Assembly (NCBI GenBank): GCA_014729775.1
Contig: WJJJ01000025.1
Coordinates: 53,790-117,789 of the forward strand
DNA: 64,000 nt
From: Candidatus Omnitrophota bacterium
GTDB taxonomy: Bacteria; Omnitrophota; Gorgyraeia; Duberdicusellales; 4484-171
Direction: 5' to 3'
Position 1 is the stretch's first letter. Each line of letters opens with the position of its first letter. This document shows, piece by piece, positions 55,982 through 64,000 of this stretch. Made by a program: the position numbers and the translations under genes. Under the pieces are notes generated by a model, which worked only from the letters and a program-made list of their open reading frames with translations, did no database searches and was not told the DNA's origin.

Positions 55982-56726
55982 CGTTATCGGGGTAATTCCG
56001 GCCCGCTACCGGTCAACCCGCCTTCCGTTTAAATTACTGCGGGAGGTGGCCGGCAAACCTTTGCTGCAGCATACCTGGGAGAACGCGTCCCAGGCGCGGA
56101 TGCTGGATAAATTACTCATTGCCTGTGATGACGAACGGATCGAAGAAGCCGCCCGAGACTTCGGCGCGGAAGTAGTCCCGACGTCGGTACAGCACACCTC
56201 TGGTACCGATCGTATCGCCGAGGCGGTCCGCGATATCGACACTCAGATCATCATCAACATCCAGGCCGACGAACCTATGATCCAGCCGTTTGTGATTAAC
56301 CGTCTCGCGACCGAAATGCGGGAGAACCGAGATCTCATGATGGCCACGGTCAAAAAAAAGATCGAGCGAAAAGAGGAAGTATACGATCCCGGGGTGGTCA
56401 AAGTCGTGTGCGGAAAAGACGACTTCGCCCTTTATTTCTCCCGTTACGCCGTTCCTTACGTCAGGGACGGACAGAAGCTGGCGCACTCGTTCTATAAACA
56501 TGTCGGTATTTACGCCTACACCAAAGATTTTTTATTCACCTTCAAGAATCTGCCTCCTTCGCAACTGGAACAGGCGGAAAAGCTGGAACAGCTGCGAGCC
56601 CTCGAAGCCGGATTCAAGATCAGGGTAATAGAAACCAACTGTGACTGCCGGGGAGTCGATACGGAAGAAGATCTGGCCGCGGTCACCCGGCTGCTCGCGG
56701 AAAAAAAGGCGGAAGATGAACACTGA
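55968..56726 (+). CDS. kdsB: 3-deoxy-manno-octulosonate cytidylyltransferase (CMP-KDO synthetase)
   Basis: ATG at 55968 with RBS 'gaaggagg'. 'VIGVIPARYRSTRLPFKLL' and 'IINIQADEPMI' motifs. Confidence 0.9.
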   Translation: MSTYSVIGVIPARYRSTRLPFKLLREVAGKPLLQHTWENASQARMLDKLLIACDDERIEEAARDFGAEVVPTSVQHTSGTDRIAEAVRDIDTQIIINIQADEPMIQPFVINRLATEMRENRDLMMATVKKKIERKEEVYDPGVVKVVCGKDDFALYFSRYAVPYVRDGQKLAHSFYKHVGIYAYTKDFLFTFKNLPPSQLEQAEKLEQLRALEAGFKIRVIETNCDCRGVDTEEDLAAVTRLLAEKKAEDEH

Positions 56727-57528
56727 CCGGTTTTTTGAAAAATTTTTATTCATCGCCGGCCCGTGCGTCATTGAGGATGAGGCGCAGGTGATGGAAACCG
56801 CCGAATTCCTGCAAAGGCTGTGCGCCCGCTATCCGGTGAACCTCGTGTTTAAGGCCAGTTTTGACAAGGCCAACCGGACCGCCCTGAATTCGTATCGGGG
56901 GCCGGGACTGAACGAGGGTATGCGAATCCTCAGCCAGGTGAAGGCCCGTTACGGGCTCGCGGTGCTCACCGACGTCCACTGCGTGACGCAGGTAGAAACT
57001 GTCGCCCGGACGGCGGATGTCCTGCAGATTCCCGCGTTCCTTTCCCGGCAGACGGACCTGCTCTGCGCGGCCGGCCGCACCGGGAAGCCGGTCAACGTCA
57101 AAAAGGGGCAGTTTCTCGCTCCGGCACACATGAAATATGTGGTGGAAAAAATTGAGTCGACCGGCAACGGAAATATTCTGCTTACCGAACGCGGCACCTG
57201 CTTTGGATACCAGAATCTGGTCGTGGATTTCCGATCGTTGTTTATTATGAAAAAATTAGGGTATCCGGTTATTTTCGACGCGACCCATTCGCTCCAGCGT
57301 CCTTCTGCCGCCGGAGGCATTTCCGGGGGGGACCGCGAATTTGCCGCAGGCTTGTGCCGCGCCGCGGCCGCCTGCGGGGTGGACGGTCTGTTCATGGAAG
57401 TGCACCACGCTCCCGAAAAAGCGCTTTCCGATTCCAGAACCTCTCTTTCCTTTGAGGGGGTTGAAGACGTGCTGAAAAGCGTGCTCGCGGTACGCGCCGC
57501 GGTATTGAACGAAAAGGGTTCCGAATGA
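56716..57528 (+). CDS. kdsA: 2-dehydro-3-deoxyphosphooctonate aldolase (KDO-8-P synthase)
   Basis: ATG at 56716 ('MNTDRFFEKFLFIAGPCVIEDE'). 'KASFDKANRT' and 'HCVTQVE' motifs. Confidence 0.9.
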   Translation: MNTDRFFEKFLFIAGPCVIEDEAQVMETAEFLQRLCARYPVNLVFKASFDKANRTALNSYRGPGLNEGMRILSQVKARYGLAVLTDVHCVTQVETVARTADVLQIPAFLSRQTDLLCAAGRTGKPVNVKKGQFLAPAHMKYVVEKIESTGNGNILLTERGTCFGYQNLVVDFRSLFIMKKLGYPVIFDATHSLQRPSAAGGISGGDREFAAGLCRAAAACGVDGLFMEVHHAPEKALSDSRTSLSFEGVEDVLKSVLAVRAAVLNEKGSE

Positions 57529-58505
57529 AAGAGCCGCGCGAGAATGAAATCCTCCAATGGGCCCGGGAAGTGATTCAAATCGAAGCCGAAGGTATTTCCC
57601 GTCTGACCCAGAGTTTAAACGATGAGTTCCTGCGGGGAATCCGGCTTCTTCAGAACTGTCAAGGCCGGATCGTAGTAACCGGCATGGGAAAAGCGGGGAT
57701 CATCGGACAGAAATTTTCCGCCACCCTTTCTTCCACGGGGAGCTCAAGTTTTTGGCTTCACGCCGCCGAAGCTGTTCACGGTGATCTGGGACGAATCAAG
57801 GAGGACGACATCGTGGTCGCGCTTTCTTACAGCGGAGAAACCGATGAGATCAAAAATCTTATCCCGTTCGTGAAAAAGATCGGAGCGAAAATCATCGCGG
57901 TTACCGGCAAGGAGAAATCCAGTCTGGCCAAATATTCTGACAGCGTGATCAGTGTCAAGGTCGCCAAGGAGGCCTGTCCGCTGAATTTGGCTCCTACGAC
58001 ATCCACCACCGCGATGCTGGCCATATGCGACGTGATTTCAGTCATTCTGCAGAAACTCGCCGGGTTTCAGGAAAAAGATTTCGCCCTTTTCCATCCCCGA
58101 GGGTCGCTGGGACGCCGGCTGTTGCTGAAGGTAAAGGATATTATGCGTACCGGTAAATATAACCCTGTAGTCGCCGAAGATACTCCGGTGAAGGACGTAC
58201 TGGTTCAAATTACCTCATCTCACTCGGGGGCGGCGACCGTGACGGGAGAGGACGGTACGATTGCCGGCATTTTTACCGACGGTGATCTCCGCCGGAATTT
58301 AGAGCTTCATCCCGATTTACTGCGTCGGCCGGTAAAAGAAGTGATGACCGTGGGACCGACAGTGGTCCGCCAGACGGATCTCGCCTCGGAATGTTTAAAA
58401 ATTCTTGAACAGAAAAAAATTGACGAGGTTCCCGTCGTTGACCGGGAAAACCGGCCGGTAGGCATGATCGACGTGCAGGATCTGATTGCCGCGGGGGTGA
58501 TCTAA
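57525..58505 (+). CDS. kdsD: arabinose-5-phosphate isomerase (SIS + tandem CBS)
   Basis: 'GRIVVTGMGKAGIIGQKFSATLSSTGS' SIS domain plus two CBS repeats. ATGA overlap with kdsA. Confidence 0.88.
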   Translation: MKEPRENEILQWAREVIQIEAEGISRLTQSLNDEFLRGIRLLQNCQGRIVVTGMGKAGIIGQKFSATLSSTGSSSFWLHAAEAVHGDLGRIKEDDIVVALSYSGETDEIKNLIPFVKKIGAKIIAVTGKEKSSLAKYSDSVISVKVAKEACPLNLAPTTSTTAMLAICDVISVILQKLAGFQEKDFALFHPRGSLGRRLLLKVKDIMRTGKYNPVVAEDTPVKDVLVQITSSHSGAATVTGEDGTIAGIFTDGDLRRNLELHPDLLRRPVKEVMTVGPTVVRQTDLASECLKILEQKKIDEVPVVDRENRPVGMIDVQDLIAAGVI

Positions 58506-58508
58506 GCA

Positions 58509-59051
58509 ATGAATAAAACGCATCATTCCGCCGATACTCTGTTTGCCCGGATTCGTCTCCTGGTTCTTGACGTTGACGGCGTCCTGACCCGGGGAGAGAT
58601 TATTTATGATGACCGGGGGGGGGAATGGAAGATTTTCAACGTAAAGGACGGTTTGGGTATCGCCCTGCTTTCCAAGCTGGGGATCCCTACCATTTTTCTT
58701 TCCGCGCGGAATTCTCCGGTACTGCAAAAACGGGCCCAGGATATGAAAGTAGTGGAGGTCATCGGCGGGATTCTTCCCAAGGAAAGTCTGCTGGAGTCAA
58801 TCGAAGAGAAATACCGCGTTCCCCGCGATCAGATCTGTTTTATCGGTGATGATCTCATTGATTTGAGAATGATTGAACGGGTCGGTGCCGGAGTGGCGGT
58901 TGCCGATTCTCCCGAAATGGTGAAGTCGGCCGCCCGGTACGTAACCGCACGCAAAGGAGGTGACGGCGCGGTCCGGGAAATCGTCGATTTGATCGTGCGG
59001 GCTCAGGGACTGGAAGAAAAACTTTTGGAATGGCTGAGAAATCCCAAATAA
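58509..59051 (+). CDS. kdsC: 3-deoxy-D-manno-octulosonate 8-phosphate phosphatase (HAD)
   Basis: 'LLVLDVDGVLTRGEIIYDD', 'FNVKDGLGIALL', 'ICFIGDDLIDL'. Confidence 0.88.
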   Translation: MNKTHHSADTLFARIRLLVLDVDGVLTRGEIIYDDRGGEWKIFNVKDGLGIALLSKLGIPTIFLSARNSPVLQKRAQDMKVVEVIGGILPKESLLESIEEKYRVPRDQICFIGDDLIDLRMIERVGAGVAVADSPEMVKSAARYVTARKGGDGAVREIVDLIVRAQGLEEKLLEWLRNPK

Positions 59052-59067
59052 AGATTCGATTAAAGAA

Positions 59068-59096
59068 TTGCCAAACACGAAACGATTTGATATAGT
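59068..59096 (+). promoter_or_regulatory. sigma70-like hexamers TTGCCA-N17-TATAGT ending 4 nt before the annotated lptC/A ATG
   Basis: Read directly: 'ttgcca' 59068-73, 17-nt spacer, 'tatagt' 59091-96. If functional, the mRNA would be leaderless or the true start lies downstream. Confidence 0.25.
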
Positions 59097-59099
59097 GTT

Positions 59100-59894
59100 A
59101 TGCTTTTGAAACGTGTGACCGCGATACTTCTCATGTGCCTGGCGGCTCCCGGGATTTCGGAAGGACTTTCCCAGCAGAGAATCGAACAGTTTTACCTTTC
59201 GAATCTGAAGGAGGATGGTACGCGCGATTGGGAAATTACCGGGAACGAAGCCATGGTGTACGAAAAACACGTGGATATCGACCGGATGAACGCGAAATTC
59301 TTCGGAGACGGGGATACGGTCTCTGTGAAATCCAACAAAGCCAAGTTGATCAAAGAAAGCGCGAACGTGTTCCTCCGCGAAGACGTGGAGATCGAGAATC
59401 AACAGGGAATGAAAATGAACACGGAATCTCTCGACTGGATAAGGTCCGATAATAAGATTGAAACCGATGAATGGGTGCAGGTCCAGCGCGATGACATGCA
59501 GGTCCGGGGAAAGGGGCTTCGGGCCGATACCGCGCTGAAAAACATCGATTTCAACAAAGATATTGAACTCCAGATTCCCCAGGGCCAAAAATACATTTCG
59601 ATCCGGTGTGAAGGACCGCTTGAAATCCAGTACCACCAAGGCACCGCGCTTTTCCGGAAAAACGTCGTCGTGACCGACCGCAAGAGCAAGCTTTTTTCCG
59701 ACAGGGCCAAAGTACATTTCGATCCGGAAAGCAAAGAAATCCGAAGAATTGTGGCCGAGGGACACGTGAAAATCATTCGCGACGAGAACGTGACTTTCGC
59801 GGAGAAAGCCACGTATATGGGGAAAGAAGGCCGGGTCATTCTGGAAGGAACCCCGCGGCTTATCTACTTTCCGAATTCTGAAGAGACGGAATGA
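59100..59894 (+). CDS. LptC/LptA-family (OstA-like) periplasmic LPS transport protein
   Basis: N-terminal membrane anchor/signal; beta-jellyroll repeat pattern ('VEIENQQGMKMNTESLDW...', 'AEGHVKIIRDENVTFAEKATY', 'RVILEGTPRLIYF'). Lies between kdsC and lptB as in kdsD-kdsC-lptC-lptA-lptB. A single 264-aa ORF where two genes are usual. Confidence 0.65.
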   Translation: MLLKRVTAILLMCLAAPGISEGLSQQRIEQFYLSNLKEDGTRDWEITGNEAMVYEKHVDIDRMNAKFFGDGDTVSVKSNKAKLIKESANVFLREDVEIENQQGMKMNTESLDWIRSDNKIETDEWVQVQRDDMQVRGKGLRADTALKNIDFNKDIELQIPQGQKYISIRCEGPLEIQYHQGTALFRKNVVVTDRKSKLFSDRAKVHFDPESKEIRRIVAEGHVKIIRDENVTFAEKATYMGKEGRVILEGTPRLIYFPNSEETE

Positions 59895-60613
59895 AACTGT
59901 TAGAGGTCAACAATCTCACCAAATCTTACGGGGGACGGCAGGTCGTCAAAGGAGTTTCGTTAAATGTGCAAAGAGGCGAGATCGTGGGCCTGCTGGGCCC
60001 CAACGGCGCCGGAAAAACCACGACGTTTTACATGATCGTGGGCGTGATCGCGCCTGATTCCGGGGAAATCCGGTTCGATAATTTGGACATCACCAAGCTG
60101 CCCGTTCACGTCCGTGCCAAATACGGAATCGGCTATCTTTCACAGGAGCCCTCGGTCTTCCGCAAATTAACGGTAGAGGAGAATATCCTTGCTATACTGG
60201 AAACACTTCCTCTTTCGCGAAGAGAACGGCACGCGAGACTGGAACATCTGCTCAACGAATTGAATATCGCGCATTTGCGGAAAAATAAAGCGTACACGCT
60301 GAGCGGCGGCGAAACCCGACGCTTGGAAATTACCCGCGCCTTGGTCACCAACCCTTCGTTCTTACTTTTGGATGAGCCTTTTTCCGGTATCGATCCGATT
60401 GTCGTCGGTGAAGCAAAGCAGATCATTATGGAATTAAAGCGCAAGGGAATGGGGATTCTTTTAACCGATCATAATGTGAGAGAGGCACTCTCGATCACTG
60501 ACCGCGCGTTTCTTATTGCCGAGGGGAAAATACTTATCCATGGAACGTCGCATGATCTGATCGGTGATACCAAAGCACGTGAAGTATATCTGGGAAAAGA
60601 TTTTCGAATGTAA
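59891..60613 (+). CDS. lptB: LPS export ABC transporter ATP-binding protein
   Basis: Walker A 'GPNGAGKTTTF', signature 'LSGGETRRLEITRAL', Walker B 'LLLDEPFSGIDP'; 240 aa; ATGA overlap with the upstream gene. Confidence 0.9.
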   Translation: MKLLEVNNLTKSYGGRQVVKGVSLNVQRGEIVGLLGPNGAGKTTTFYMIVGVIAPDSGEIRFDNLDITKLPVHVRAKYGIGYLSQEPSVFRKLTVEENILAILETLPLSRRERHARLEHLLNELNIAHLRKNKAYTLSGGETRRLEITRALVTNPSFLLLDEPFSGIDPIVVGEAKQIIMELKRKGMGILLTDHNVREALSITDRAFLIAEGKILIHGTSHDLIGDTKAREVYLGKDFRM

Positions 60614-60637
60614 CGTAAATAGGAGAGGGGACTGAGA

Positions 60638-61519
60638 ATGAAAGTAGAAGTGAAAAAACTTGATCAGCTGAAACGGGAGCTCCAGGTAGAGGTGAGCGGA
60701 GACGAATATCAGACGTATAAGAAAAACACCTATCTGGAATCGGGGAAAAAATTAAAAGTTCCGGGATTCCGTCCGGGCAACGTGCCCTACGAAATGCTCG
60801 TGAAACACCACGACAAAGCACTCAGCCAGGAATTCATGAAACAGGCTCTTCCCCTGTATTACCAAAAAGCGCTTCAGGAGCAGAATATCTCGCCGGCCGG
60901 GTATCCGCAAATCCACGATGTGGATATGAACGATCGCGCCTTTTCTTTCCGGGCCGAAGTGGAAATTCAACCCGAGATATCGGTAAGCGAAAATGAGTAT
61001 CGCGGGATCAAGATCAAAGAAAAAGTCGAGCCGGTGGAACCGGTGGAGATAGAGAAAGTGATTTCAAACATTAAGGAAGGAATAAAGAAGGTGGCGAAAA
61101 AGGAACTTTCGGACGAAGAGATCGCGCATTGGGTCGGATATCCCGATAGGGATACGTTGCGTGAAGCGATCAAAGGAGAAATTTTCATCGAGAAACTTCG
61201 CTCCCGCCGGCAAAAAATCGATTCCCGGATCAGCCAGCATCTTTTAAAGCAGGTGAACGTGCAGGCGCCGCGTACCGAAGTGGAAAACATGCATAAGGAA
61301 TTCGTCCGGCGCGAAATGCAGAATCTGCAGGCACGGGGAGTTCCTCAGCAGGACATCGAAAAATACAAAAAGGAAATCGAGGAGAAGACCAAAACGCTGG
61401 CGGAAGATCAGGTGAAACTGTCGTATATCATCAGGGCCATCGCGCAGAAAGAGCACATAGAAGGGAAAGGACTCGGCGAGGCGGTTCTGGGAACGATTCT
61501 GTATTACGCCAAGTACTAA
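60638..61519 (+). CDS. tig: trigger factor lacking the FKBP PPIase domain (N-terminal ribosome-binding + C-terminal chaperone domains only)
   Basis: 'KVPGFRPGNVPYEMLVKHH' contains the TF signature GFRxGxxP. 293 aa versus ~430 for canonical Tig, with no FKBP block. tig-clpP order. Confidence 0.75.
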   Translation: MKVEVKKLDQLKRELQVEVSGDEYQTYKKNTYLESGKKLKVPGFRPGNVPYEMLVKHHDKALSQEFMKQALPLYYQKALQEQNISPAGYPQIHDVDMNDRAFSFRAEVEIQPEISVSENEYRGIKIKEKVEPVEPVEIEKVISNIKEGIKKVAKKELSDEEIAHWVGYPDRDTLREAIKGEIFIEKLRSRRQKIDSRISQHLLKQVNVQAPRTEVENMHKEFVRREMQNLQARGVPQQDIEKYKKEIEEKTKTLAEDQVKLSYIIRAIAQKEHIEGKGLGEAVLGTILYYAKY

Positions 61520-61549
61520 TTCATTCAGTACCAGTACAAAGGAGGAAGA

Positions 61550-62146
61550 ATGAAAAATCAGATGTACGTGCCGATGGTGATAGAGCAGACGGGAAGAGTG
61601 GAACGCGCTTACGACATATATTCCCGCCTGCTGAAAGACAGAATTGTATTCATCGGAACTCCTGTGGACGATAATATCGCGAACGTAGTCGTCGCCCAGA
61701 TGCTTTTCCTTCAGATGGAAGACGCGCACAAAGATATTAACTTGTACATCAATACTCCCGGGGGCGCGATTACCGCCGGAATGGCGATTTACGATACGAT
61801 GCAGTTCGTGAAATGCGACGTGGCCACCTATTGCGTGGGACAAGCGGCTTCGCTGGGAGCACTCTTGTTATGCTCGGGAACAAAAGGGAAGCGATACGCG
61901 CTTCCCAATTCCCGGATAATGATTCATCAGCCGCTCGGGGGAGCTCAGGGAAGCGCCGAGGATATTTCCCGGCAGGCGAACGAAATCCTCCGGATGCGCG
62001 AGGCCGTGAACAACATTTTGACAGCCCATACCGGCCAGTCACTGGAGAAAGTTGAAAAAGATACCGACAGAGATTTCTTTATGACCGCCGATGATGCGAA
62101 AAAATACGGATTGGTCGATGAAGTGATTGTTCCTTCGAAAAAGTAG
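61550..62146 (+). CDS. clpP: ATP-dependent Clp protease proteolytic subunit
   Basis: '[24 protein letters not shown]', catalytic '[11 protein letters not shown]' (Ser) and 'IMIHQPLGG' (His); RBS 'aggagg'. Confidence 0.95.
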   Translation: MKNQMYVPMVIEQTGRVERAYDIYSRLLKDRIVFIGTPVDDNIANVVVAQMLFLQMEDAHKDINLYINTPGGAITAGMAIYDTMQFVKCDVATYCVGQAASLGALLLCSGTKGKRYALPNSRIMIHQPLGGAQGSAEDISRQANEILRMREAVNNILTAHTGQSLEKVEKDTDRDFFMTADDAKKYGLVDEVIVPSKK

Positions 62147-62174
62147 CCCCTGCACAGAAGGGAAAGGAGAACGA

Positions 62175-63311
62175 ATGAAACGGAAATATTTAATGACTCC
62201 GGGACCGTCTCCGGTGCCGGCATTCGTACGCGAGTCATTGTCGCGTGAAATTATGCATCATCGTACCGATGAATTTCGCGAAATCCTTCAACACGCTCAT
62301 GAAGGACTTAAATACGTTTTCTGCACTAAAAATCCGGTGTTGATTTTTTCTTCTTCGGGCACGGGAGCTATGGAAGCAACGGTGTCCAGCCTTTTTTCTC
62401 CCGGAGATAAAGTGATCTCTATCGCCGGCGGGAAATTCGGACAGCGCTGGACGGAGCTCGCCAAAGCCTATCAGCTTGACGTAGTGGAAATGACGATAGA
62501 CTGGGGCAATGCTCCCGATCCGGAACGGCTGAAATCTCTGCTCGAACAGCATGCTGCGGTGAAAGGAGTGCTGACGACTCTGTGCGAAACGTCAACCGGT
62601 ACCGTGTACGACGTAGAAGCGTTGGCGAAAACCGCCCGTAAAGCAGGCGCGCTCATCGTGGTTGACGCGGTCAGCGGACTTGGACAGGATAAACTTCCCA
62701 CTGATGAATGGGGGGTAGACGCGGTCGTATCCGGATCGCAAAAGGGACTGATGCTGCCGCCGGGTCTGGCATTCGTGAGCGTGAACGCGAACGCGCAAAC
62801 CGCGATGAAAAACGCGCAGTGTTCCAGATACTATTTAAACCTGCAAAAGGCCCTGGCGAGCTACGCGAAATCCGACACCCCGTTTACTCCGGCGGTCTCC
62901 CTGGTAGTCGGGCTGAAAGAAGCACTCAGGACAATGCAGGAGGAACGAATGGAAAGCCGGTGGGTACGGTTCGAAACAATGGCAGCCGCGACCCGGAAAG
63001 CGGCGCAGGCGCTCGGCCTGAAACTGTTTTCCTCCCGCCCGTCGGCGTCACTGACGGCGATACGCGCGCCTGAGGGGATCAAATCCACCGATATCGTGCG
63101 CACACTTCGGAAAAATTACGGTATAAGCATCGCCGCGGGTCAGGGCGACGTAAAGGAAAAAATTTTCCGTATCGCCCATATGGGGTGGATCAACGAGCAG
63201 GATTTGATGATGACATTTTCTCTGCTGGAGAAAGTACTTCGTTCACTCGGTCATACGTTTGAGAACGGGGTATCGCTGGCGTGTCTGCAGGAGGTTTTAT
63301 ATGGCAAGTAG
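62175..63311 (+). CDS. class V aminotransferase (AGXT/SGAT family), probable phosphoserine aminotransferase given adjacent serA
   Basis: ATG at 62175 with RBS 'aaggaga'. 'YLMTPGPSPVP', 'SGSQKGLMLPPGLAF' (PLP-Lys in SGSQK). Directly followed by serA. Confidence 0.75.
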   Translation: MKRKYLMTPGPSPVPAFVRESLSREIMHHRTDEFREILQHAHEGLKYVFCTKNPVLIFSSSGTGAMEATVSSLFSPGDKVISIAGGKFGQRWTELAKAYQLDVVEMTIDWGNAPDPERLKSLLEQHAAVKGVLTTLCETSTGTVYDVEALAKTARKAGALIVVDAVSGLGQDKLPTDEWGVDAVVSGSQKGLMLPPGLAFVSVNANAQTAMKNAQCSRYYLNLQKALASYAKSDTPFTPAVSLVVGLKEALRTMQEERMESRWVRFETMAAATRKAAQALGLKLFSSRPSASLTAIRAPEGIKSTDIVRTLRKNYGISIAAGQGDVKEKIFRIAHMGWINEQDLMMTFSLLEKVLRSLGHTFENGVSLACLQEVLYGK

Positions 63312-64000
63312 AGTTCTTGTTTCGGATAAACTGGCGTCTGAAGGTCTCCGTATCCTGCAGGATTCCGGTTTTGAAGTCGACACAAAATACGACCTGAGCC
63401 CCGAACAGCTGCGGGAAGAAATCCGGCACTACCAGGCGTTGGTAATCCGCAGCGGCACCAAGGTCACGGCCGAAGTTATTTCCCGGGCCGACTCCCTCAA
63501 GGTGATCGGACGCGCCGGTGTCGGCGTAGACAACGTTGATATTGAAGCCGCGAGCAAAAAGGGCATTATTGTGATGAACGCGCCCGGCGGCAATACGATT
63601 TCGACCTGTGAGCACGCCTGCGCACTCATGCTTGCGGTCGCCCGGAATATCCCTCCGGCGGCGGCGTCTATGAAATCCGGGAAGTGGGACCGTTCAAAAT
63701 TTAAAGGAAAAGAACTGAACGCAAAAATTCTGGGAATTATTGGTTTCGGACGCATCGGAAAAGAAGTCGCAAAACGCGCGCTCGCGTTCGGAATGAAAGT
63801 GCTCGTGCATGATCCGTTCGTCTCTCAAGAGGTCGCGGCTCGGATCGGGGTGGAATTAGCGCAGGTAGATGACATACTTTGCGCCGCTGATTTTATCACT
63901 ATGCATACTCCGCTGACCGAAAAAACAAAAGGGATGATCGGGGCCGCGGAAATTTCAAAGATGAAATCGTCGGCGTATCTCATTAACTGCGCCCGCGGCG
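63301..64000 (+). CDS. serA: D-3-phosphoglycerate dehydrogenase, 3'-truncated at window edge
   Basis: 'KILGIIGFGRIGKEVAKRA' NAD-binding GxGxxG, 'VMNAPGGNTISTCEH'. The ORF runs off the end of the window. Confidence 0.88.
   Translation, partial: MASRVLVSDKLASEGLRILQDSGFEVDTKYDLSPEQLREEIRHYQALVIRSGTKVTAEVISRADSLKVIGRAGVGVDNVDIEAASKKGIIVMNAPGGNTISTCEHACALMLAVARNIPPAAASMKSGKWDRSKFKGKELNAKILGIIGFGRIGKEVAKRALAFGMKVLVHDPFVSQEVAARIGVELAQVDDILCAADFITMHTPLTEKTKGMIGAAEISKMKSSAYLINCARG

Noticed and set aside
58797-59765. 322-aa minus-strand ORF
   Set aside because: Antisense to kdsC and the lptC/A gene, which sit in a conserved kds-lpt operon context; no recognisable domain.
1-64000. CRISPR arrays, IS elements, integrases, prophage genes
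   Set aside because: No regularly spaced direct repeats, no transposase/integrase-like ORFs, and no phage structural genes were found. The strand-switch island (46.5-54.9 kb) lacks mobility genes, so it is called accessory but not mobile.

Overview
Almost entirely + strand, gene-dense window of high-GC bacterial chromosome from a diderm (LPS-producing) organism. Backbone blocks: (i) two-component/c-di-GMP signalling genes (two paralogous membrane histidine kinases, CheY-like RRs, a PilZ-methyltransferase fusion); (ii) a truncated dcw cell-wall/division cluster mraY-murD-ftsW-murG-[Zn-peptidase-like insert]-murC-murB-ddl-ftsQ-[degenerate ftsA-like], with no ftsZ following; (iii) an HD-GYP cluster headed by an orphan 'HD-GYP N-terminal domain' + HEAT-like protein; (iv) a glycolipid-type cluster (GT28/MGDG-synthase-like GT, LpxL-family acyltransferase, GT2); (v) hisG, split transketolase, ispE, spoVG, tRNA-Gln, prs-rplY-pth, rpsF-ssb-rpsR-rplI-dnaB; (vi) bamA-skp-lpxD-lpxC/fabZ-lpxA-lpxI (Raetz pathway with LpxC-FabZ fusion and LpxI); (vii) a mixed-orientation accessory island (46.5-54.9 kb) with three radical-SAM enzymes (two SplB/COG1533-like, one B12-dependent), HemW, two GT2-context genes, 3D-domain and YkgJ proteins and small ORFs; (viii) hldE(kinase)-kdsB-kdsA-kdsD-kdsC-lptC/A-lptB, short trigger factor, clpP, class V aminotransferase and a 3'-truncated serA. 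No transposases, integrases or CRISPR were seen. The most novelty-rich spots are the PilZ-methyltransferase fusion, the orphan DUF3391-like/HEAT protein beside HD-GYP genes, the degenerate dcw cluster without ftsZ, and the radical-SAM island. All calls rest on motif recognition by eye. Start codons are approximate; the ORF track labels GTG/TTG starts as 'M'.
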